DNA from: a virus
Direction: 5' to 3' (one strand)
Virus record (IMG/VR): IMGVR_UViG_3300042387_002391
DNA: 64,000 bases
The notes below the pieces were generated by a model. That model saw nothing but the letters and a program-made list of their open reading frames with translations. It was not told the DNA's origin and searched no databases. The position numbers and the translations under genes are program-made. Shown here piece by piece: positions 18,251 to 27,573 of this stretch; the stretch's first letter is position 1, and each line of letters opens with the position of its first letter.

Positions 18251-19207
18251 TTAGTTGTTGGTCAATTGTTGTTTGTACCATTCAATGGTCTCAGCAAGAT
18301 GGTATTCGAAAGTGCTTTCATTGCAGCAAATAGCTTTCCAGCCAAGTTCGCTCTGAGTCTTTGAAGAATTAATACTATAACGGAAATCATGGCCTTTTCG
18401 ATCTTCGACGTACTCAATAACGTCTTCAATTTTCTTACCAAGAATGCTACAAATTTTTTCGATGATTTGATAGTTTGTTAGCTCTACTCCAGAACCAATA
18501 TTGTATACTTCTCCAGAGCGACCTTTCAGGCCTACTTCATAAATTGCTTTACAGTGATCCTCAACAAGAATCCACTCACGAATGTTATTACCTTTTCCGT
18601 AAAGAGGAACTTTGTTTCCTTGCAAAATGTTTGTAATTGTTTTTGGAATAAGCTTTTCGATGTGTTGGTGCTTTCCGAAGTTGTTGCAGCAGCGCGTGAT
18701 GTTGATGTTGCATCCAAATGTTTCAAAGTAGCTCTTGACAATCAAGTCACTAGAAGCCTTTGAAGCAGAATATGGCGAACGAGGTGATAGAGGAGTCTCT
18801 TCTATAAAGGAAGGATCTGTTAGTTCAAGGTGACCATAAACTTCATCAGTACTCACATGAACAAATTTACCATGCTTTTGTAAGCGGAAGCACTCAACAA
18901 GATTGTGTGTTCCGACAACGTTCGCAAGTGTAAATGCAATAGGATTTGCAATTGAGTTATCAACATGACTTTCTGCAGCAAAGTGAAAGATCGTGTCAAA
19001 CGGCCCGTGATTATTAAAGACTGATCGAACCTTGCTTAAATCTTCCAAATCGAATACAAAATTTGTTACTTTATCAGATTTAATAAAACTGACATCAGAA
19101 GCATACGAAAGCTTATCAATGTTGAAAACTTCATGTTCCTCAGAAAGCAAGTTAATAAAATTGCTTCCGATAAATCCAAAACCGCCTGTCACTAGTATTT
19201 TTTTCAT
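18251..19207 (-). CDS. rmlB: dTDP-glucose 4,6-dehydratase
   Basis: TGGFGFIGSNF, HFAAESHVD, VSTDEVYG, YSASK, EKLIP, DRKGHDFRY. Confidence 0.93.
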   Translation of the reverse strand: MKKILVTGGFGFIGSNFINLLSEEHEVFNIDKLSYASDVSFIKSDKVTNFVFDLEDLSKVRSVFNNHGPFDTIFHFAAESHVDNSIANPIAFTLANVVGTHNLVECFRLQKHGKFVHVSTDEVYGHLELTDPSFIEETPLSPRSPYSASKASSDLIVKSYFETFGCNINITRCCNNFGKHQHIEKLIPKTITNILQGNKVPLYGKGNNIREWILVEDHCKAIYEVGLKGRSGEVYNIGSGVELTNYQIIEKICSILGKKIEDVIEYVEDRKGHDFRYSINSSKTQSELGWKAICCNESTFEYHLAETIEWYKQQLTNN

Positions 19208-19620
19208 TTGTTCAAAATATGTTGTTTTACTTCTAAAATTCCGAGAGCAATATCTCCTTGCTCTGCCTGCTCAAATGTTTGCGAGTCTCCTTCACGTGCT
19301 CTATTCTTATAACGCCTTGCTCGCTCTTCTTTCGGACACTCAACCCAGAGCAGGGTAGACTTCGGAAAAGCTTCAAGAATTTCTTTTTGACGCACTCCAG
19401 AAATAATTAGTTCTGTATTATTAATAGACAACCACTTGAGTCTTTCAATAATTGCTGCAGAAAGATCTTTTGAATCTTGCAGAAGCTTTCTGTCTTCAGT
19501 CTGTTTAATTTGCCTTACAATATCACCAACCTCTACATAGAGACCTTCAGAAATTTGAGCAAGAGCTTTTGAATAAAGAGTCTTGCCAGAACAGAGCTGA
19601 CCACAAACAAAAGAAATCAT
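19204..19620 (-). CDS. P-loop NMP/dephospho-CoA-kinase-like protein
   Basis: GQLCSGKT, GDIVR, ISGVR, R..R.REGD lid. Confidence 0.75.
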   Translation of the reverse strand: MISFVCGQLCSGKTLYSKALAQISEGLYVEVGDIVRQIKQTEDRKLLQDSKDLSAAIIERLKWLSINNTELIISGVRQKEILEAFPKSTLLWVECPKEERARRYKNRAREGDSQTFEQAEQGDIALGILEVKQHILNK

Positions 19621-19964
19621 GCGTATACTTTAGCTCCGTTTTCGTTATCTTCAAGCACTTCTACTGTCATGCAGTCAAATTTTTTGAGAAGCTCCTCTGC
19701 AAGCATTTCACATGAAGATGAACCAAGTTCTCCGGGTCGTCCGTATTTTGTTTCGAGATAATTTTGAACTTGACGTTTAAACCAAATAATTTCTACATCG
19801 CGGTCACTGTGAGTTACGTGCTTTTCGAGCCTAATGTGGAAGATGTGTCGGTGACGATCAAACAGGAAGTGCAATTCTGGATTGTCTGGAAGTGCTTCTT
19901 TGACTCCTTGCCAGTTATGAAAGGCTTCGTATTGTAGATTAATGATGACAGTTGTTGTTTCCAT
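19617..19964 (-). CDS. queD: QueD/PTPS-like T-fold protein
   Basis: EAFH.W...HRHIFH...SCEMLAE...VEVLED.ENGA. Confidence 0.65.
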   Translation of the reverse strand: METTTVIINLQYEAFHNWQGVKEALPDNPELHFLFDRHRHIFHIRLEKHVTHSDRDVEIIWFKRQVQNYLETKYGRPGELGSSSCEMLAEELLKKFDCMTVEVLEDNENGAKVYA

Positions 19965-19982
19965 GCAGTTTTATTGTAAAGC

Positions 19983-20017
19983 AAAAAAGGCCCAATGCAA
20001 CAGCAAAGGGCCTTTTT
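19983..20017. terminator. Terminator-like hairpin (bidirectional)
   Basis: aaaaaaggccc...gggccttttt. Confidence 0.65.
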
Positions 20018-20033
20018 GTTTGTTTTATTTTTA

Positions 20034-20267
20034 TTAGGCTTGAACAGCAGCAAACTGACCGAGGCTGTTACGGACGTTGTAGAAGCGCTCACGAAGAACA
20101 ACTCCATTGGTGCGATCAACGAAACCAACGAACTCATACTTGGATGGGTTGAGGTGGCGCTTGATCATTTTTGTCTTCTTGGCGATTGTGAGACCAGACT
20201 GAACGCTGTTCTTGCCAGTGATTGCTTCGATTTGTTTAATGCGGGTGTTTGTTAGTGATGTTTTCAT
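20034..20267 (-). CDS. Small basic hypothetical protein
   Basis: MKTSLTNTRIK... with high-expression codon bias. TTGACA(20303)-N16-TATTAT upstream. Confidence 0.65.
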   Translation of the reverse strand: MKTSLTNTRIKQIEAITGKNSVQSGLTIAKKTKMIKRHLNPSKYEFVGFVDRTNGVVLRERFYNVRNSLGQFAAVQA

Positions 20268-20303
20268 CGAGAGCCATAATAGGGTCTTTCGAATAATTGT
20301 CAA

Positions 20304-21458
20304 CTAAAAATTAATCTTAATGCCCGATAAAAATGGAAATTGATAAGGGACAAAGGAATTGCGTTCAGGAGTTCCAATCTCAAATGGATTATAGTCGTTG
20401 TACCTTGTACCTTGCGTGAGAGATCCGTAACCAGCAGGCCCTTGCACAATTACATCAACAAATCCTGGATTTGCTGCAGAAGGCATTACAAAAGTCATAA
20501 AAGAATCTCTATCATAAGACCATTCGGAAGAAAGAAGCTTAACGCCAGTAAATGCAGGAAAGTCTCCGGATAATGTAATAGAAGCGGAAAACGGATTCTG
20601 GACAGTCATTAAAGAGCTTAGAGGAGCTCCAGACAAATAAACATTAGTAATTCTTTGGAAGCCTCCACCAAAAACATTAAATTGCTGTCTTGTTCCAACT
20701 TGCGCAAAATACGGATCAATAACTTTCGGTCGAGGTGGTTTTCCTTCAAGTTTTAAATAATCAGAACTTGTTGTCGAATTTTGATATGTTTCATCAAAAA
20801 GATATTCTGCAGGCATGCCATTCTGGACTGTATCAAAATTTGAATGAACCGTAAGAATTGTTCCAACTTCATCTCCTTTTGCTTGGAACATCCATCCTTT
20901 GAAAGTAAATGAAAGATCTGCTACCACACGAGCAACTTGCGAAGAAGCCATGTCCATTGGATAGGTGATGTTCACATTGCCATTCCAGAAAACATTTGAG
21001 CGAATTTCATGATCAGGTCGGCCAGGCGTTCTCCAAGAAACTGTAAAATACGGATTGATATAAGGAATAAGATGAGAAACAATCTGATCCATATCAGCCT
21101 GATATCTTGTCATGATTGATACATTGATTGCAAGATCGATTGGAAGAGGCATCTTTTCGTTGTACATTGCAGATCCTGTTGGAGTTTGCTGATAATTTCC
21201 AAGAATTTTATTGAAGACTCTGTTATTATCTCTTGTAATTCCTCCGATGTAACAAGCCATTACAGGCAACTGCAAATTTTGATCCCTATCACGCAAATCA
21301 TTCAGAACTCTTTGCTTTGGTGCATAGACGAGACGGGTTTTAATTTGGTCTTGTGGCTGCTTATGTACATTAAACCTCTTAATAACAATATCGCTCATGG
21401 AGTTCATGAACATTGTCATTAAGGTCTGAATTTCCCAGTCATAAGTGTACTTTATCAT
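20304..21458 (-). CDS. gp15: Tail terminator/sheath stabilizer (T4 gp15) with C-terminal extension
   Basis: Y.WEI..L...F......I.I.R...YAPKQR...LP.M..Y...I.RD..R, Q.DMDQI...IPY.NPY, ADLSFTFKGW.F. Confidence 0.85.
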   Translation of the reverse strand: MIKYTYDWEIQTLMTMFMNSMSDIVIKRFNVHKQPQDQIKTRLVYAPKQRVLNDLRDRDQNLQLPVMACYIGGITRDNNRVFNKILGNYQQTPTGSAMYNEKMPLPIDLAINVSIMTRYQADMDQIVSHLIPYINPYFTVSWRTPGRPDHEIRSNVFWNGNVNITYPMDMASSQVARVVADLSFTFKGWMFQAKGDEVGTILTVHSNFDTVQNGMPAEYLFDETYQNSTTSSDYLKLEGKPPRPKVIDPYFAQVGTRQQFNVFGGGFQRITNVYLSGAPLSSLMTVQNPFSASITLSGDFPAFTGVKLLSSEWSYDRDSFMTFVMPSAANPGFVDVIVQGPAGYGSLTQGTRYNDYNPFEIGTPERNSFVPYQFPFLSGIKINF

Positions 21459-21498
21459 CTCGAACAATACTTATCTTTTTTATTTTGAAAAAGAACCT

Positions 21499-21527
21499 TT
21501 GACTTTTCACAAAAAACAACGTAAAAT
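21499..21527 (+). promoter_or_regulatory. Sigma70-type promoter
   Basis: TTGACT-N17-TAAAAT, 8 nt before ATG 21536. Confidence 0.65.
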
Positions 21528-21535
21528 AACAAAAC

Positions 21536-22372
21536 ATGTTCAATCCTTTCAATCTCAACAAACAAAATCCTTTTGAAGGAATTGAACTAAATTCAATCTG
21601 CTTTTTTGACACTGAGACGACAGGTCTCCATCCTTCTCAAAGTCAGATTGTTGAGATTGCTGCTATGCTAGGAGACAAGAAATTTTATAAAAAGATTGAG
21701 CTAACAAAAGAAACTTTGAAGCAAATCGAAAGCCAAAAAGAAAATTTTGAAAAGCAGGGTAAAAAAGACAAGACAATTGAAGATCTATTGCAAATGTCAA
21801 ATTATCATGAAGGAGATGATCAGAAGTGTTCAGAAGAAGATGCTCTGAAAGAGTTCGTGAAATTTGCAAAGTCTGCAAAGATTCTTCTCGCTCATAATGC
21901 TTCGTTTGACATGAGGATGGTTAATGTTCGTTGTCAGAAATATAACATTGAACCAATTAAGGATATTCCAGTTTATGACAGCCTTGCTTTTTCTAGAAGG
22001 TTTTTTGTTCCTTCTTTAATAACAATTGAAAAGACGAGCAGAAATGCACAATCAAGACAAAAAGCAAAAGACATTCTCGATAAGATTACAAAACAATATT
22101 ACAAATCTGGACAAAGAATGAATATTTCAAATACTCTTTCTTCGCTTGTTGGAGCGCTAAGAGGACAAAGCGAAGGTTGGCACCAAGCAATGGCTGATGT
22201 CGAGATGCTCAAAGATTTGATTGAAAACTTTTTCAAATTGATGTTTGACAAACACTTTAAAGAAGACTTCGAAAAGGACATCCGTTCTAAGCAAACATTC
22301 AAACAATATTATATGCGCAATGTTCGTTTCGAAGACAGAATGAAACAAAGCGACAAAAAGAAAGCCCGCTAA
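21536..22372 (+). CDS. DEDDh 3'-5' exonuclease (DnaQ-like)
   Basis: FDTETTG, AHNASFD, WHQAMADV. Confidence 0.9.
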   Translation: MFNPFNLNKQNPFEGIELNSICFFDTETTGLHPSQSQIVEIAAMLGDKKFYKKIELTKETLKQIESQKENFEKQGKKDKTIEDLLQMSNYHEGDDQKCSEEDALKEFVKFAKSAKILLAHNASFDMRMVNVRCQKYNIEPIKDIPVYDSLAFSRRFFVPSLITIEKTSRNAQSRQKAKDILDKITKQYYKSGQRMNISNTLSSLVGALRGQSEGWHQAMADVEMLKDLIENFFKLMFDKHFKEDFEKDIRSKQTFKQYYMRNVRFEDRMKQSDKKKAR

Positions 22373-22388
22373 AAGCAGGCTTTCTTTC
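22358..22388. terminator. Terminator between convergent genes
   Basis: aagaaagcc(c)gct-aaa-agc(a)ggctttcttt. Confidence 0.7.
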
Positions 22389-22412
22389 AACTAAACAACT
22401 AAAAATTAAATT

Positions 22413-23327
22413 TTAGTCAAATTCTACTCCACTGTATTTTGGATTAAGGTCAGAAGAACGAAAGTCTTCGCGAGCAGCACGAGTAATTCTTTCGATGTAA
22501 TCTTCTTCAGTTTCTTTGAAGCCTTCTGTATCACCCACATCAGTTACTTCTTCATCAGCTAATTCGAGAACTCCAAGTTCAAGAAGCTGGTTGACTTGCC
22601 TTGCTCCAAGGCCACTCTTTGCTAGTTCTTTAACAAAATCAGCTCCAGAATGTACTTCTCCAGACATTCCACTCAAGCGATCATAAGCAACGCGAGCATC
22701 TCCAGACAGTTTGCCAGAAGGCATTTCTTCGTATGTTTTAAGATAATAATCAGCACGAGGATTATAAGAAACGTTTTTATCTACTTCTTTCTCGACTTCT
22801 GCTTCAAGATCTTCTTCCTCGTCTTCTTCTCCATTACCGTCAACAAGTGGCTCTTCTAGAGCTTTGCGTAGTGCTTGTTTGACTTCTTTTTGTGTCATTT
22901 CTTTATCAGCAACTTCTTCACCGCCCATTGTTGTGTATTTTACATTGCCGAGAAGTTCTTTGTTCGAAAGACGATCTGCAAGAAATTGAACGGCCCATTT
23001 GCCTCCAATTTTGAATTCTGGAATTTCTTTAGAAACAGATTTAATTGCATCTTTAATTGCTTCCTTCAAGTCGCTTGGATTATCAATAGAAAGGGAATAT
23101 GTGTTCTCATCATTGTCAGCAAAAACTTTTTTAATAATTGCTTGAACAACTTTGGAGCGATCTTCTGGGCTAAGCTTCTGAAGTGCTGCCCAGTGCTGGG
23201 ATTTGCCAGGAAGTTCAGAAATTTTTTGCGAAACAGTAGATCCCATCGAAGAGGGATCATATTCTGAAGTAGCTGGCATCATTTCGTTGAGAACTGACTC
23301 AACGAGTTTATCGAATTTTGTTGTCAT
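22413..23327 (-). CDS. Acidic late protein with capsid-targeting-like leader
   Basis: MTTKFDKLVESVLNE. TAAATA 7 nt upstream. Confidence 0.65.
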   Translation of the reverse strand: MTTKFDKLVESVLNEMMPATSEYDPSSMGSTVSQKISELPGKSQHWAALQKLSPEDRSKVVQAIIKKVFADNDENTYSLSIDNPSDLKEAIKDAIKSVSKEIPEFKIGGKWAVQFLADRLSNKELLGNVKYTTMGGEEVADKEMTQKEVKQALRKALEEPLVDGNGEEDEEEDLEAEVEKEVDKNVSYNPRADYYLKTYEEMPSGKLSGDARVAYDRLSGMSGEVHSGADFVKELAKSGLGARQVNQLLELGVLELADEEVTDVGDTEGFKETEEDYIERITRAAREDFRSSDLNPKYSGVEFD

Positions 23328-23359
23328 ACGTTTTTATTTATCTTTTTCTGCAAAATTTT

Positions 23360-23887
23360 TCAATGCCAACCGGGTTTTTGTCTTTTCGTCCAAGCCGCAA
23401 ATGGCTTATCGTGTTTGATATATTGCTGATATTGTTCTATCACTGACATTTTAGAAAATCCTTGAATCTTCTGACAATTTGAATTTGGATTGATGGCAAC
23501 TGCAAAGGGAGTTAGTTTCTTTCCTTTGTTCATGGAAATTTTGTTAGAATTTTCTGCGCACCACTCAATGAACGTTTTTGTGAAGTGTTCAGAAGAATCT
23601 GGCCAACGAAACATTCGCTCTTTGAACATTTCAAGAGCATGCTCAACCAACCATTCAAAATTTGCTTGAGATTGTCTCACCCAAACTGAGCAAGGATGAT
23701 TGTAATAACCTTTGCCAGATTTTCTTATCTTTCCGCTCTTTGTTTTTGGAGCATTAAGAAGAACTTCATTATCAAAGCAGTGCTGCAGCATGATGGCGCT
23801 CTCGATTTGCATTTTGGAGCGCACATGCTTGTCGCAAAGTTCTCGAGCTGAAATTATTGGATCTTGATTAGTACAGAAAATGTTCAT
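23360..23887 (-). CDS. denV: Pyrimidine-dimer DNA glycosylase/endonuclease V family
   Basis: MNIF....P..SA...CDKHV..KM.IESA.ML...NHPCS.W.R.S..NF.WL. Confidence 0.75.
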   Translation of the reverse strand: MNIFCTNQDPIISARELCDKHVRSKMQIESAIMLQHCFDNEVLLNAPKTKSGKIRKSGKGYYNHPCSVWVRQSQANFEWLVEHALEMFKERMFRWPDSSEHFTKTFIEWCAENSNKISMNKGKKLTPFAVAINPNSNCQKIQGFSKMSVIEQYQQYIKHDKPFAAWTKRQKPGWH

Positions 23888-23924
23888 GAAGACATTCTGC
23901 ATTCCAACCAAGGACAGATCAACT

Positions 23925-24362
23925 TCAAATCAGAACTTCGCCAACAAGTTCTTTGTATCTCCAGAAAAGGTGTTTTAGCGCTTCGCTTTTTGTCATAAAG
24001 CCGCACCAATCAACTTCTTCAATCTGCAAGTTTCTTTTGTCAACAACTTCGCTGTCCAAACCAGCCTCATCCAAAGAATTGATTTCAACAAGAAACAAAT
24101 AAACAACTTTGTAAAGCTCTGAACCGTTTGTATAGTTTACTGTGAACTTTTTTCCGAGTTGCTCTTTTTTAATCTCGATAGAAGTTTCTTCATAACATTC
24201 TCTTATTGCAGCATCTTCATGACTTTCTCCTTCTTCAACATGGCCTTTTGGGGGCGAAAAAGTATTTGTCCAGTAGTTATTAGAAGGATGGCAGAGCAGC
24301 ACCTTGTTATCATAAATTAACAAAATGCCTGCAGAAATTGTTGGCGAACTTTTAGAATCCAT
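23925..24362 (-). CDS. Nudix hydrolase
   Basis: PKGHVEEGESHEDAAIRECYEETS Nudix box. Confidence 0.92.
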   Translation of the reverse strand: MDSKSSPTISAGILLIYDNKVLLCHPSNNYWTNTFSPPKGHVEEGESHEDAAIRECYEETSIEIKKEQLGKKFTVNYTNGSELYKVVYLFLVEINSLDEAGLDSEVVDKRNLQIEEVDWCGFMTKSEALKHLFWRYKELVGEVLI

Positions 24363-24398
24363 CGGAAGATCTTCTTATGGATTATGGTTTTGTCAACA

Positions 24399-25955
24399 TT
24401 ATGCAATCGATAGTCTGTGAGCACCTCTCTCGCTGTCAAATCCAATTAAAAAGGTAAAATTGTTTTGATGGTTTTCACAAAATTCTAACATTTGTTTAAA
24501 TGTCTTATTAGCTTGAAACGCTAAGGCATTATGCGAAACTTTATTGAACAAAAGTAAGTAGGAAAACTGCTCTTTTCTTGCATATTCTGACACCTGAAGT
24601 GCAAAAAACAATCTTCTCAAAGCCTTGAAGTCATGCGTTTTAGGAATATCCTTATATTGATCGTCTCCAAATGCTTCAAGAATTTCTGCTCGTAGTTCTG
24701 GTGCGTAATCTTCATAAGGTCTGCAAGCAAATAAAGCTGTAGTTAGTTCTTCTGCAGGCAAATCAAGATCGCTGAGGAAAAACTCTTTTACGGTTTTAGT
24801 TAAATCTAAAGCTTCCCAATTGGGCACAGACGCTAGCTGTCTGCCTTCATCAAGGTCGTTTATTTTTTTATAAACGTATTTTAGTAAAGAAATTGCTTCT
24901 TTAATATATTCAGAAATTTCTTCTGTTGAATCTTTGGTTACAGCATTTGAGTGTATTAAACCGTTTTGTTCGTATTGTTCTATTAATTTTTTAAGAAAAC
25001 TAGAATACAGTGAGATCGAACGCTCTGCGAACAATTTGTTACTCAAAACATAATCTATTCCAGGAAGATTGGCTTTAGATACTTGCGTCACTGCGTCTTC
25101 GAGTATCTTAAAAAACTTATCAGTAAAAATTAATTCTTGATCTAGAGTTTTTGCGTCTCGTAATTTTCTAATTCCTACAATTAACTTAGACTTGATTTCA
25201 GACAAGGCTAAATCTGGTGAGGATTTATTAGAACTTACAATACTGGTTAAAACTTTTTTAAGGTTTGCGACAGCATAATGAGCATAACCAAGTGCTGCTC
25301 CACTTGCTTTAACTTCTACTACAGCAGAATCGAATTTTAAATCTCCCTTGCCTTCTGGCTTGGCAGCGTTTGTAAAAAGCGACATCAATAATTCTCCGGG
25401 ACCAACCCGCCTTTGTTCTACATCAGCCACTCTTAAAGATAAAGCTTCAAACAATTTCATAAAATTTTCTTTACTAGTCTTTAAATTATTGTATGGAAGT
25501 GCTTCAATACCTTCGTAGATTTTTTTAAATAAGTCAAAAGCTTCAGGTTTTTCAGAAACGGCGATATTTTGAAGAGCAACTAACTTGGATTTATTTTCAA
25601 TTATTTCATTAATGTCGTCTACGTCTATTTTGTAATCGTAGAGCAACTGACCGAGCTGTCTGCTTGTTAGAAGAGGATTGTTTTTAGACCATCCTGCTAG
25701 TTCCATCCACTTATTCGTCATATCCATAATGGAATAAGATTTAATTTTGTTTTTTACTCTGCTTGCTTCTTCTTGATCACTTACTATACCAATCTTAACA
25801 AACGGATCATTGCCGCTCTTTGCATAAAATACTGTCTGTTCTGCTAAAACTTTGCCATAAGCTTCCATAAGAGATTTTGGTGAAGCGCTCTGCGGAGTTT
25901 GGTTGCCTTTGAGCATTTGCTCATAAGCTCTTGTCAATCTAAAATCTTGTCCCAT
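24399..25955 (-). CDS. Late protein with a PD-(D/E)xK nuclease-like core
   Basis: VGPGE....GDLKF....VEVKAS. TAATTA 5 nt upstream. Leader ...SLMEAYGKVLAE. Confidence 0.6.
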   Translation of the reverse strand: MGQDFRLTRAYEQMLKGNQTPQSASPKSLMEAYGKVLAEQTVFYAKSGNDPFVKIGIVSDQEEASRVKNKIKSYSIMDMTNKWMELAGWSKNNPLLTSRQLGQLLYDYKIDVDDINEIIENKSKLVALQNIAVSEKPEAFDLFKKIYEGIEALPYNNLKTSKENFMKLFEALSLRVADVEQRRVGPGELLMSLFTNAAKPEGKGDLKFDSAVVEVKASGAALGYAHYAVANLKKVLTSIVSSNKSSPDLALSEIKSKLIVGIRKLRDAKTLDQELIFTDKFFKILEDAVTQVSKANLPGIDYVLSNKLFAERSISLYSSFLKKLIEQYEQNGLIHSNAVTKDSTEEISEYIKEAISLLKYVYKKINDLDEGRQLASVPNWEALDLTKTVKEFFLSDLDLPAEELTTALFACRPYEDYAPELRAEILEAFGDDQYKDIPKTHDFKALRRLFFALQVSEYARKEQFSYLLLFNKVSHNALAFQANKTFKQMLEFCENHQNNFTFLIGFDSERGAHRLSIA

Positions 25956-25963
25956 GTTTGTAA

Positions 25964-26224
25964 TTAGTCTTGATCGTCTTCTTCGTCATCTGAATCTTTG
26001 TCGTCTGGTGGTAATTCAACAAATCCAAGAACAACATTCTCTGGAATGGAAATGCCAAGAGCAGACATAAATCTTTCAAAAGCATCAAGAAGCACTTCCA
26101 CAGAAGTTTCATCTCCGTCAATGGATATTTCAATGTTCTGGTGAAACTCAGGCGAAGAAAAAGAAAACTTCACACGAGCTTCATCTTGAAATTTTGAACC
26201 GTTTAATTCGAATGGAAGGCGCAT
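25964..26224 (-). CDS. Small acidic hypothetical protein
   Basis: Start moved to ATG 26224 (MRLPFEL), which has TAAGTA 5 nt upstream. Confidence 0.65.
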   Translation of the reverse strand: MRLPFELNGSKFQDEARVKFSFSSPEFHQNIEISIDGDETSVEVLLDAFERFMSALGISIPENVVLGFVELPPDDKDSDDEEDDQD

Positions 26225-26294
26225 GTAATTACTTATCGAAAACGACGAAAAAGTTTGGATGTGGACGGGAAAGTTGTCTTCATTAAGTAGTCGA

Positions 26295-27476
26295 ATGGTT
26301 TTTGAACAAGTTGTTTCAAAATTTCTTGAAGAATCAATTGGAGTGCCAAGCAACATCCTCGAAGATTCAAAAATTGTCTACAAAAATATTTTAGATTTTT
26401 TAAAGCACAACGAAGACTTTTCAGAAATTTTGTTGAAAGACTTTAATTTAAAGATTGAGAAAGAAGTTTTTAAAGACATAAAAGTTAAATTTGTTCTCAA
26501 AGAAAGTTCGAGCATTACAAAGCCAATTCTGTCACAATTTTCAGCAGCTGCTAAAGTATATTTTGATTCCGAAAAGTTAAAGCTGAAAAGACAATTTCAG
26601 GACACAGTTCTGTTAAAAATTACTGTTTTTGTTCCTCAAGACTTTCAAAAAGAACATCTAATTGAATTGTTCGAACAAGAAAAACAGCTGATAATTTCTA
26701 CAATTGTTCATGAACTGCACCATGTTCTTCAGCACAGAGTGCAGAATGAATTTTCTTATGTTTCTCAAGTCAATTATCTTACTTTTGCTTCTGACTTTGG
26801 GACAAACATTCCAGCAATTGACAAATTTTTGTATTTTTGTTATTTTGCAGACGACTTTGAAAATAATACGAGACCTTCTCAAATTGCTGCGTATGCGTCT
26901 CTAAATCAAATTAGAAAGAAGGAATTTAGCGGCTTTTTAAAAGGCAATGCCGTTTATCAGACGCTGAAAGAGGTTCAAGGATTTTCTTACAAAAAGTTTT
27001 TAGAAGAACTGAAGCAAGAAATTAAACAAATTGATAAATTTTTAAATAGCTCCGATGCAAATTTTGAAAGTCTTTCTGATTTGCAAAAAATTCAAATTTT
27101 GTTGAAGATTATTTTCAAAACAATTCAGTATACAAAATCTTCTCGATTTCAGCAACATTTAGAAGTTGATCACAAACTGAACAAAGAAGCTTTTGAAATT
27201 TTTGTTAAAAAGTTTGTGGCAGACATTAAGAAATTTGAAAGCAGTCCGCATTTATTTTTTCAGAAGAAGTGTGCACAGAATTCTGAAAAAGCTTCCAAAG
27301 CAATTAAGAAAATTTCAAAAATATACGATTTGTTGCAAGAAAATGATGAAATGTCCACAATAGGAGCTCTTGATTGGGACAATTATCAATTTTTCAAAGA
27401 ACCAAAAAAAGTAGTTATTACAGACATTGATGAGACTTTTGCTAAGTGGTTTGAGGGTTTGTTTGCAGGAAAATAA
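26295..27476 (+). CDS. Putative zinc metallopeptidase (HExxH), paralog 3
   Basis: IVHELHH and FADDFE..RPSQ. EESIGVPSNI matches EEAIGVPENI of paralogs 1/2. TAAGTA 5 nt before ATG 26295. Confidence 0.6.
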   Translation: MVFEQVVSKFLEESIGVPSNILEDSKIVYKNILDFLKHNEDFSEILLKDFNLKIEKEVFKDIKVKFVLKESSSITKPILSQFSAAAKVYFDSEKLKLKRQFQDTVLLKITVFVPQDFQKEHLIELFEQEKQLIISTIVHELHHVLQHRVQNEFSYVSQVNYLTFASDFGTNIPAIDKFLYFCYFADDFENNTRPSQIAAYASLNQIRKKEFSGFLKGNAVYQTLKEVQGFSYKKFLEELKQEIKQIDKFLNSSDANFESLSDLQKIQILLKIIFKTIQYTKSSRFQQHLEVDHKLNKEAFEIFVKKFVADIKKFESSPHLFFQKKCAQNSEKASKAIKKISKIYDLLQENDEMSTIGALDWDNYQFFKEPKKVVITDIDETFAKWFEGLFAGK

Positions 27477-27573
27477 AAAGATTTTGATAAGTAGTTATAG
27501 ATGACAGGCAAACTGTTATACATTCTAAACAATTTAGAGAATCACTCGATCCTCTTTCAGAAATTTTCATCTT

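Noticed and set aside
26225-26356. Overlapping divergent N-terminal extensions given in the ORF track (25964-26356 and 26259-27476)
   Set aside because: TAAGTA-N5-ATG starts at 26224 and 26295 remove the overlap and match the paralog N-termini.
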